A stretch of 11,352 bases of DNA from NCBI GenBank assembly GCA_016748015.1, contig JAAOMT010000098.1:4287-15638 (forward strand), given 5' to 3'. The translations under genes were made by a program, and so were the position numbers. Numbering within the stretch: the stretch's first letter is position 1; every line of letters begins with the position of its first letter. Below the pieces are notes generated by a model. That model saw only the letters and a program-made list of their open reading frames with translations. It ran no database searches and had not been told where the DNA came from. Source of the stretch: Geosiphon pyriformis uo1. Taxonomy: Eukaryota; Fungi; Glomeromycota. Of this stretch, positions 1 to 9,820 are shown in pieces.

Positions 1-1795
1 ACAATACTCATATATAAATGTCTTTTTTTTATAGATGACTTATTAACAACAAAAGTCCTTCGTTCATCCTTCCTGTCTTTCCTTCCTGTCCTTCCTCTCG
101 CTCTCTCTCTTCGTTTCAATGTAACTTTTACAAGGTGGGTTTCACTGGGTATTGTACTTGTTTAATTGTTAAAACGTTAAATTTTAAAAAAAAATAAAGA
201 AATAAAAAAAGTAAAAAAATAAAAAAAAAAGGATTTTTTCGGAAGGAATTTGTGACGATTCTTTAAGATAATTTTGGATTACCTCTATAATTATCTTGGA
301 TTTGTCGCGTGCACATTTTTCTTCTTAAATGATCGCAAATACAAACTTGATCATGTGACAATACTCATAAATAAATGTCTTTTTTTAATAGATGACTTAT
401 TAACAACAAAAGTCGTTCGTTTTTCCTTCCTGTCTTTCCTTCCTGTCCTCCCTCTCGCTCTCTCTCTTCGTTCCTATTTAACTTTTACAAGGTGGGTTTC
501 ACTGGGTATTGTACTTGTTTAAAAGTTAAAACGTTAAAATATAAAAAATAAAAAAAATAAAAAAATAAAAAAAAATAAAAAAAAAATATTTTTTCTGAAG
601 GAATTTGTGGCGATTCTTTAAGATAATTGTGGATCACCTCTATAATTATCTTGGACTTGTCGCGTGCACATTTTTCGTCTTAAATGATCGCAAATACAAA
701 CTGGATCATGTGACAATACTCATAAATAAATGTCTTTTTTTTATAGATGACTTATTTACAACAAAAGTCCTTCGTTCTTCCTTCCTGTCCTTCCTCTCGC
801 TCTCTCTCTTCGTTTTTATGTAACTTTTACAAGGTGGGTTTTACTGAGTATTGTACTTGTTTAAAAGTTAAAACGTTAAAAAATAAAAAAAATAAAAAAA
901 TAAAAAAAAGTTAAAAAATAAAAAAAAAAATTTTTTCTGAAGGAATTTGTGGCGATTCTTTACGATAATTGTGGATCACCTCTATAATTATCTTGGATTT
1001 TTTGCGCGCACATTTTTCTTCTTAAATGATCACAAATACAAACTTGATCATGTGACAATACTCATAAATAAATGCTTTTTTTTATAGATGACTTATTAAC
1101 TACAAAAGTTCTTCGTTCTTCCTTCCTCTCTTTCCTTTCTGTTTTTCCTCTCGCTCTCACTTTTCGTTCTTGTGTAACATTTTCAAGGTGGGTCTCGCTG
1201 GGTATTGTACTTGTTTAAAAATCAAAACGTTAAAAAATAAAAAAAATAAAAAAATAAAAAAAAGTAAAAAAATAAAAAAAAAGATTTTTTCAGAAGGAAT
1301 TTGTGGCGATTCTTTACGATAATTGTGGATCACCTCTATAATTATCTTGGATTTGTCGCGTGCACATTTTTCTTCTTAAATGATCGCAAATACGAACTTG
1401 ATCATGTGACAATACTCATATATAAATGTCTTTTTTTTAATTATGACTTATTAGCAACAAAAGTCCTTCCTCTCGCTCTCTCTCTTCGTTCCTATGTAAC
1501 TTTTACAAGGTGTGTTTCACTGGGTATTGTACTTGTTTAAAAGTTAAAACGCTAAAAATTAAAAAAAATAAAAAAATAAAAAAATAAAAAAAAGTAAAAA
1601 AATAAAAAAAAAGATTTTTTCTGAAGGAATTAGTGGCGATTCTTTAAGATAATTGTGAATTAACCCTATAATTATCTTGGACTTGTCACGCGCACCTTTT
1701 TCTTCTTAAATAATTACAAATACAAACCGGATCATGTGACAATATTCATATATACATGTCTTTTTATAGATAATTTATTTACTGCAAAAGTCCTT
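1..1795 (+). repeat. Tandem array A of a ~330-355-bp monomer: partial + 4 full units + truncated degenerate unit
   Basis: The landmark GAAGGAATT recurs at 242, 597, 939, 1293 and 1623 (periods 355, 342, 354, 330). Each unit has a conserved core, a CT-rich tract, GGTGGGTTTCACTGGGTATTGTAC and an A-rich tail. Similarity ends at AAAAGTCCTT (1795); the array runs off the left edge. Confidence 0.97.
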
Positions 1796-1923
1796 AAAAG
1801 CTATAAAGAACCATATAACAAAACTTGTAATTTAACAATAACTCAAAAATAAGCTCTAAATAAATTTTAATTTTAATTATAAATAAAGCTTTTAAATTCA
1901 ATACATTTTATAAAAGCTTCATG

Positions 1924-2513
1924 TCGTTTGTTTATTATAATTATAAAATTACCATTGAGATTGTGTTGAAAGCTAGCCAGCTTACAAAACCTAAAGCTGT
2001 GAGACAGTTTTATATCTTAATCTTTAATGAGTGTTTCATAGGCTCGAAATTTTTTATCACCCAGGAAACTGTCAAACTCTTAATGTTGGGTGATTTAGAC
2101 AAAATGTGCATTTGTCTGAAAATACAACTCAATTCCTGTCGAATTTTTATGATTCTTAGCCCACTGCAAGCACTTCATTTTTGTTTGTCAGTGAGTAAAG
2201 CTTTGGCTATATTTAGCTTCATCTTCACATAAACGTCGTTGAATAAGTTCTACACTAATTTTAAATTTCTTTTTTTATTTCCCGTTGCAATTCGATGAAT
2301 TTTTTTTTGCAAGTTATACAAATTTTCACGATTTCGACCAGCTTTTGGTTAATCACGTAGATCTTTTGTTCCCTCCACTTTTTAGCCTAATGAAGTGCTG
2401 CGGACTTACTACATTGAATGTACTTTGCTGCGGCTAAGAGTCCAAGTTTCGGGATCTTTAGGATATTTATTTAAAAAACCGATTTTGTATCCCTTGTGTA
2501 TTGGAAGAGAAAT
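1924..2513 (-). pseudogene. Degenerate Tc1/mariner (IS630-Tc1-mariner) transposase, N-terminal DNA-binding region through the first catalytic Asp region
   Basis: Minus-strand translation across frameshifts and stops gives ISLPIHKGYKIGFLNKYPKDP / KLGLLAAAKYIQCSKSAALH*AKKWRE / KDLRD*PKAGRNR / KISVELIQRRLCEDEAKYS / KALLTDKQK / CLQWAKNHKN / VVFSDKCTFCLN..RV*QFPG / MKHSLKIKI*NCLTALGF / KLASFQHNLNGNF. The order matches Tc1 motifs HTH, GRPR-like, RRL, KPLLT, L.WA..H, VIFSDE, VKH..VWGC..G.G. FSD is at 2114-2122. The C-terminal part of the DDE domain is absent. Confidence 0.85.
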
Positions 2514-2705
2514 TTTTGCATCATATAAGATCTATTAATCTATAAGGGTATGAATGATCAGCAAATATGTCATTTTTAATCTGAAAAATCTTAACTCCAC
2601 AAAGAGTAATTGGGTCATATACTTTTGTGACTCGCTGTATTGAGGTTTGAATTTAAAATATGCTGCCAATCTTGCGACCTGATATCAAGATGATATTAAA
2701 AAAAA

Positions 2706-2727
2706 GTTATCCATACGTTCGACTATA
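2706..2727 (-). mobile_element. Possible left terminus (TA + TIR-like sequence) of the Tc1/mariner remnant
   Basis: The minus strand reads TA|TAGTCGAACGTATGGATAAC about 210 bp upstream of the transposase start. This is one C>T change away from the TA|CAGT start common in Tc1/pogo TIRs. No partner TIR is visible. Confidence 0.35.
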
Positions 2728-4320
2728 CCAAGATAATTATAAAGGTGATCAACAATTATCTTAAAGAATCGCCACAAATTCCTTTAGAAAAATATTTTTT
2801 TTTTATTTTTATTTTTTTTTTAAATTTAACGTTTTAACTATTAAACAAGTACAATACCCAGCGGAACCAACTTTTTAAAAGTTACATAAAAACAAAGAGA
2901 GTGAGCGAAAGGAAGAACAGGAAGGAAGAACGAAAGACTTTTGCTGTAAATAAGTCATCTATTAAAAAAAGACATTTATTTATGAGTATTGTCACATGAT
3001 CAAGTTTGTATTTGCGATCATTTAAGAAGAAAAATGTGCACGCGACAAATCCAAGATAATTATAGAGGTAATCCAAAATTATCTTAAAGAATCGTCACAA
3101 ATTCCTTCCGAAAAAATCCTTTTTTTTTTATTTTTTTACTTTTTTTATTTCTTTATTTTTTTTTAAAATTTAACGTTTTAACAATTAAACAAGTACAATA
3201 CCCAGTGAAACCCACCTTGTAAAAGTTACATTGAAACGAAGAGAGAGAGCGAGAGGAAGGACAGGAAGGAAAGACAGGAAGGATGAACGAAGGACTTTTG
3301 TTGTTAATAAGTCATCTATAAAAAAAAGACATTTATATATGAGTATTGTTACATGATCAAGTTTGTATTTGCGATCATTTGAGAAGAAAAATGTGCACGC
3401 GACAAATCCAAGATAATTATAGAGGTATCCACAATTATCTTAAAGAATCGCCACAAATTCCTTCAGAAAAAATCTTTTTTTTTTATTTTTTTTTATTTTT
3501 TTATTTTTTAACGTTTTAACTTTTAAACAGGTACAATACCTAGCGAAACTCACCTTGAAAATGTTACATAAGAATGAAGAGAGAGAGCAAAAGGGAAGAC
3601 AGGAAGGAAAGACAGGAAGGAAGAACGAAGGACTTTTGTTGTTAATAAGTCATCTATTAAAAAAAGACATTTATTTATGAGTATTGTCACATGATCAAGT
3701 TTGTATTTGTGATCATTTAAGAAGAAAAATGTGCACGCGACAAATCCAAGATTATTATAGAGGTGATCCACAATTATCTTAAAGAATCGCCACAAATTCC
3801 TTCCGAAAAAATCTTTTATTTTTTATTTTTTTACTTTTTTTATTTTTTTATTTTTTTTATTTTTTAACGTTTTGACTTTTAAACAAGTACAATACCCAGT
3901 GAAACCCACCTTGTAAAAGTTACATAGGAACGAAGAGAGAGAGCGAGAGGAAGGACAGGAAGGAAAGACAGGAAGGAAGAACGAAGGACTTTTGTTGTTA
4001 ATAAGTCATCTATTAAAAAAGACATTTATTTATGAGTATTGTCACATGATCAAGTTTGTATTTGTGATTATTTGAGAAGAAAAATGTGCACGCGACAAGT
4101 CCAAGATAATTTTAGAGGTAATCCAAAATTATCTTAAAGAATCGCCACAAATTCCTTCCGAAAAAATCTTTTTTTTTATTTTTTTACTTTTTCTTATTTT
4201 TTTATTTTTTTTATTTTTTAACGTTTTGACTTTTAAACAAGTACAATACCCAGCGAAACCCACCTTGAAAATGTTACACAAGAACGAAAAGTGAGAGCGA
4301 GAGGAAGAAAGAAGGACAGA
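2728..4320 (-). repeat. Tandem array B of the same monomer, inverted: partial + 4 full units + partial
   Basis: The reverse-complement landmark CACAAATTCCTT(C) ends at ~2785, 3108, 3464, 3803 and 4158 (periods ~323, 356, 339, 355), each followed by a T-rich tract. Confidence 0.97.
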
Positions 4321-4540
4321 AAAAAAGAAAAGAAGAGAGAAAGGCAGAAAAAGGGAACGAAAAAAAGGAAGGGAAAGAATGAAGAAAGGGAAGCGATACA
4401 GGAAGGGACGCAATAAAGGAAATGAAGGGAAGTGATAAAGGAAGGGAAAGGAAGTGATAAAGGAAGGAAGGGAAACGAAGTGATTAAAAAATGAAGAGAA
4501 GCAATAAAGGGAAGTAATGGAAGCGATAATGAAATAAAGG
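4321..4540 (-). repeat. Purine-rich tract (+ strand) with a degenerate ~20-bp subrepeat
   Basis: Almost pure A/G on +, with recurring GGAAGYGATAAA-like motifs. It is the reverse complement of 7448-7666. Confidence 0.85.
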
Positions 4541-4989
4541 CTGTTTTTATATAAAAATCTTTTTAAATTATTAGTTTATTTTTTATAAAAATAGCCCTCC
4601 ATTCGAAATTATGTGATTTTAGAGCAGCAGCTTATCTTAACCAAAAAAGGATTTATAATATCGTGTTGTTTTGATTGAAAATGTTTCTGATTGATTACAG
4701 GATCTTTAATTATTATTATTAATCACTAATTTTTTTTAAGAGCAAAGATATAGTGGAAGATAGAAAATGTCTATCAAGATCTATCTCGCGCTAGCGGCGC
4801 TAAGTTTACAAAACTACCTGGGCGTAAAGCATAAACTCGGAGTCCTTAAAATTTTTCTGGGCGAGGAATCTTTTTAGACATTTCTCTGCCATATCCCTGT
4901 TATCATCATTATTATTCTGAATCTTAATTACAGAACTCATGTGTCAATGTTTGTAAGTATGGAGGGTATTATAGTAGGGAAATACTATA

Positions 4990-5385
4990 NNNNNNNNNNN
5001 NNNNNNNNNNNNNNNNNNNNNNNNNNNNNNNNNNNNNNNNNNNNNNNNNNNNNNNNNNNNNNNNNNNNNNNNNNNNNNNNNNNNNNNNNNNNNNNNNNNN
5101 NNNNNNNNNNNNNNNNNNNNNNNNNNNNNNNNNNNNNNNNNNNNNNNNNNNNNNNNNNNNNNNNNNNNNNNNNNNNNNNNNNNNNNNNNNNNNNNNNNNN
5201 NNNNNNNNNNNNNNNNNNNNNNNNNNNNNNNNNNNNNNNNNNNNNNNNNNNNNNNNNNNNNNNNNNNNNNNNNNNNNNNNNNNNNNNNNNNNNNNNNNNN
5301 NNNNNNNNNNNNNNNNNNNNNNNNNNNNNNNNNNNNNNNNNNNNNNNNNNNNNNNNNNNNNNNNNNNNNNNNNNNNNNNNNNNNN
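4990..5385. other. Scaffold gap (396 N) flanked by an apparently identical 339-bp direct duplication
   Basis: 4651-4989 is repeated at 5386-5724, and both copies abut the gap exactly. Confidence 0.95.
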
Positions 5386-6602
5386 ATTTATAATATCGTG
5401 TTGTTTTGATTGAAAATGTTTCTGATTGATTACAGGATCTTTAATTATTATTATTAATCACTAATTTTTTTTAAGAGCAAAGATATAGTGGAAGATAGAA
5501 AATGTCTATCAAGATCTATCTCGCGCTAGCGGCGCTAAGTTTACAAAACTACCTGGGCGTAAAGCATAAACTCGGAGTCCTTAAAATTTTTCTGGGCGAG
5601 GAATCTTTTTAGACATTTCTCTGCCATATCCCTGTTATCATCATTATTATTCTGAATCTTAATTACAGAACTCATGTGTCAATGTTTGTAAGTATGGAGG
5701 GTATTATAGTAGGGAAATACTATAGGCAGTGCTTCTAAAAGTGGTTGGTGTTATGGTTCTTTTTTTTTCTCGAAACGAAATAGAAACTGATAATATCTGA
5801 AAATTCTGGCAATTTCTATTGTACGATAAAGAGGACTGGATTTTAAGAATAAGTTCGATCAAGCCTTTTAAAAAAGGAATACGATATAGTTTACCGAAAT
5901 AATTTAGTTTTTTTGTCATCAAAATATTTCAAGTATACATAAAAAAGCAATTATAATTGTCTTAGACTTAACTAAAATAAAAATTATAATATGCTTAAAT
6001 ATAATGTTAAGCTCTTTGTTGATGTTTTCAAAAAATGCTTAAAGATTTTCAGTCTAATTCGATAAAAATTTTATATTGACAACTCATATTAACCAAAACA
6101 AGCAGAATCTGTTTTGGTACATAAATATTTTTCAAGTATTTAATGCAAATTTTAAACCAAAAATCTTCAAAACTTTTAGATTCTAATTTTTTTTATTTCC
6201 TATACATAATCAAATCTTTTTTGGTTAAAACTAGTTTGTATATATATATTTAAATTTTAAAATAGACAAATAATTCTGTTAAAAAACAGTTTTTTAACAG
6301 CTTTGAAACTGGCATATAATTAAATATTGTGAATAAAATCTAGAAATAGATCATATTTTAAGAACAGATTACTTATTTTAGCCAATTAACTAAAAATAAA
6401 ATTTGTATTCAATTCTACTAAGATTATTAGTAAATTGTTAAACATTAATTTATTTGTAATTTTATAGTTTTATTTAAACTATTAATGTAAGTTAATACAT
6501 TAATAACAACAGTAATAAAAACTTTTTTAGCAAATTAAATTTGTTTTTAATCAAGTATTTTAATATTATATCTTAATTTCTTTCTAGTTTTTAACTTTAA
6601 AA

Positions 6603-6674
6603 TTAGTTATTAACTTAATTATTCACTTAATTATTAACCAAATTATTGACTTAATTATTAACTTGTTTTATTGT
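6603..6674 (+). repeat. 12-bp AT-rich minisatellite, ~6 copies (consensus TTAATTATTAAC)
   Basis: ttagttattaac / ttaattattcac / ttaattattaac / caaattattgac / ttaattattaac / ttgttttattgt, ending at the gap. Confidence 0.8.
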
Positions 6675-6694
6675 NNNNNNNNNNNNNNNNNNNN
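6675..6694. other. Scaffold gap (20 N)
   Basis: Run of N. The right arm of the inverted repeat starts immediately after it. Confidence 0.99.
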
Positions 6695-7666
6695 AAAACA
6701 TCAACAAAGAGCTTAACATTATATTTAAGCATATTATAATTTTTATTTTAGTTAAGTTTAAGACAATTATAATTGCTTTCTTATGTATACTTGAAATATT
6801 TTGGTGACAAAAAAACTAAATTATTTCGGTAAATTATATCGTATTCTTTTTTTTAAAAGGCTTGATTGAATTTATTCTTAAAACCCAGTCCTCTTTATCA
6901 TACAATAAAATTGCCAGAATTTTCAGATATTATCAGTTTCTATTTTTTTTCGAAGAAAAAAAAGAACCATAACACCAGCCACTCTAAGAAGCACTGCCTA
7001 TAGTATTTCCCTACTATAATACCCTCCATACTTACAAAAATTAACACATGAGTTCTGTAATTAAGATTCAGAACAATATTGATGATAACAGGGATATGGC
7101 AGGGAGATAACAAAAAATATTCTTTGCCAAGGAAAATTTTAAGGGCTCCGAGTTTGTGCTTTACGCCCAAGTAGTTTTGTGAACTTAGCGCCGCTAGCGT
7201 GAGATAGATCTTGATAGACATTTTCTATCTTCCACTTTATTTTTGCTCTTAAAAAAAATTAGTGATTAATAATAATAATTAAAGATCCTGTAATCAATCA
7301 GAAACATTTTCAATCAAAACAACACGATATTATAAATCCTTTTTTGGTAAAGATGAGCTGCTGCTCTAAAATCACATAATTTCGAATGGAGGGCTATGTT
7401 TATAAAAAATAACCTAATAATTTAAAAAGATTTTTATATAAAAACAGCCTTTATTTCTTTATCGCTTCCATTACTTCCCTTTATTGCTTCTCTTCATTTT
7501 TAATCACTTCGTTTCACTTCCTTTTTTAATCACTTCCTTTCCCTTCCTTTATCACTTCCCTTCCTTTCCTTTATTGCGTCCCTTCCTGTATCGCTTCCCT
7601 TTCTTCATTCTTTCCCTTCCTTTTTTTCGTTCCCTCTTTCTACCTTTCTTTCTTCTTTTCTTTTTT
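6695..7666. repeat. Right arm (non-satellite part) of the long inverted repeat, ending in a pyrimidine-rich tract (7448-7666)
   Basis: Collinear reverse complement of 4321-4989/5386-6028. It contains the 339-bp segment only once. Confidence 0.92.
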
Positions 7667-8382
7667 TCTGTCCTTCTTTCTTCCTCTCGCTCTCTCCTTC
7701 GTTCCTATGTAACTTTTACAAGGTGGGTTTCGCTGGGTATTGTACTTGTTTAAAAGTTAAAACGTTAAAAAATAAAAATAAAGTAAAAAAAAAAAAATCT
7801 TTTTCTGATGGTGTTTGTGGCGATTTTTTGAGATATTTGTGGATTACCTCTATAATTATCTTGGATTTTTCGCGTGCACATTTTTCTTCTCAAATGATCG
7901 CAAATACAAACTTGATCATGTGACAATACTCATATATAAATGTCTTTTTTTATAGATGACTTATTTACGACAAATGTCCTTCGTTCTTCCTTCCTGTCCT
8001 TTCGCTCTCTCTCTTCGTTTTTATGTAATTTTTACAAGGTGGGTTTCACTGGGTATTGTACTTGTTTAAAAGTTAAAACGTTAAAAAATAAAAAAATTAA
8101 AAAAAAGCAAAAAATAATAATAAATAAAAAAAATAAAAAAAAGTAAAAAAATAAAAAAAAGATTTTTTTGTAAGGAATTTGTGGCGATTCTTTAAGATAA
8201 TTGTAGATCACCTCTATAATTATCTTGGACTTGTCGCGTCCACATTTTTCTTAAATAATCGCAAATACAAACTTGATCATGTGACAATACTCATATATAA
8301 ATGTCTTTTTTTATAGATGACTTATTTACAACAAAAGTCCTTCGTTCTTCCTGTCCTACCCTCTCTCTTCGTTCTTATGTAA
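7667..8382 (+). repeat. Tandem array C of the same monomer: partial + 1 full unit + truncated unit
   Basis: Unit starts at ~7807 and ~8171 (period ~364). Similarity ends at TTCGTTCTTATGTAA (~8382). Confidence 0.95.
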
Positions 8383-9820
8383 AGTTTTTGTCAAGATTTA
8401 CAACATTTACACCAAAGTGACTCTTCGAATATGTAATAATATTCTGAACATTTCAACAATCCAGTTTTCTATCTCTTTTGCCAATATCAAAAAATAAACA
8501 TATACAAGACCTAGTAGTATGATTATTCCAAGCTGCAACTTGAAAGCTGCTAGTGAAAAAGCTTCAAAATCCAAAAATCCTCCTTTCGAGTTATTTAGGC
8601 ATCTAAGCCTCGTTTTTGGAATTGTAAAATGATAAATTCCAGGTTATCTTGAAGTATCAAGCATCAAAGTTGTAGAAAATTCGATTACACAACTTAAAAA
8701 GGCGTATTTTGTTTGATAAAGAAATTTTCAAAGCACTTCAGATTTGTGTTTTATGGATAAATCAATTAAAATTTCTGGGATTTAACTAGTAATTTCTTGA
8801 GTAACCAGGCAAAAAAGCGCTAACGGTAATTATAAGAGTGATTGAGGTTGGACAAAAACTTTTTGAATCCTTTTAAATTGATGATAACAAAAACATAAAA
8901 GCTATAACCTAATATCCAATTTTACAATGCATAAAATCTTAATGGTAATGATTAAAAGTTGATATATTCTAAAACTAATGTTTAATACAAGACGGCCTTT
9001 TTCTTGAGCATTTTACCTATTAACATTCATTTTTACTAATTAAGCAATAAATTCAAAAAACAAATGTTTTTTTATTATAAATAAGCACTCACATGCAATT
9101 TTAAGGTTATTATTTTGGCAAACTTTAAAATTCCTATGATCTGAGAAAAATATCCCAATTTTATGTCATCTTGTTTAAGATACTTCTTGATTGTGTTTCG
9201 ATATTTGAGTTAAGAATTGGTTTATTCTAATGATATTCCTAGGTATAAAAAACTAACTTATTTTTTGGTTAATTGGATTGAAAAATGGTTATTTTGACTC
9301 ATATAATTTTGGATGTGAGGGCAATTGAATATAAAATATTTCTTTATCAATGATATTATATATGAATACATTTTAAAATATTAAATACTAGAGACGTAAA
9401 ATTTTTTCATTGTGAGATGGGGTTTTATTAAATAAAAGAAATCATAAATGATAAATATGTTTTTAGTATGCTATTATTATATCGTATCATGTTATATAAA
9501 GAATACAAAAGTGATGGCTAACTTCTAAAACTCATTATTAAAATTCAGTTCTTTTGATATATAAAACTTTTAAAACCAAAAATTTCACTCGGTTATAGTT
9601 CATTTTGGGTAGTAAAATAATCTGTACTTGATCTTTAAAACTGAAAATTCGTTTGTTTAGATATTTCATGGTTTTCCAATAGAGGCTTTAAATCTTCGAA
9701 GGCGATTTGATTGCAGATCTCTGATAATATATTTAAGAGACCAGAATTAATTAATCAATAAATATTCATAAATAATGATACGTAGGGAAAGGATCTCACT
9801 GATTTCACATACTTTGATCA

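Larger units (their letters stand above)
4321..6028. repeat. Left arm (non-satellite part) of a long inverted repeat; includes the N gap and an overlap duplication
   Basis: Reverse complement of 6695-7666 (6028 pairs with 6695). A hand comparison of 5725-6028 against its partner gives roughly 17 differences in ~300 bp, about 94-95% identity. Confidence 0.92.

Noticed and set aside
1-1795. CRISPR array, 5S rRNA, tRNA or snRNA array, or hammerhead-ribozyme satellite
   Set aside because: Whole units repeat without unique spacers. I see no recognisable RNA-gene sequence or Pol III A/B boxes, and no CUGANGA..GAAA core on either strand (CTGAAGGA does not fit).
1921-2232. 103-aa + strand ORF
   Set aside because: It is antisense to the transposase remnant and has no recognisable motif.
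4941-5393. 150-aa ORF
   Set aside because: Artefact of reading through Ns.
6940-7221. 93-aa ORF MSIKIYLTLAALSS.. as a small secreted or membrane protein
   Set aside because: The left-arm copy stops after 36 codons (..GEESF*), so the frame is not conserved. No motif.
274-8146. Family of similar small ORFs (..YNYLGFVACTFFFLNDRKYKLDHVT..) as a tandem peptide gene family
   Set aside because: They are translations of the satellite. Most lack an ATG start, and stops and frames vary with homopolymer length between copies.
8383-8940. Possible decayed coding remnant on + (..LFDKEIFKALQICVLWINQLKFLGF..), vaguely F-box/LRR-like
   Set aside because: Many stops and no diagnostic motif. It would need BLASTX to support any call.
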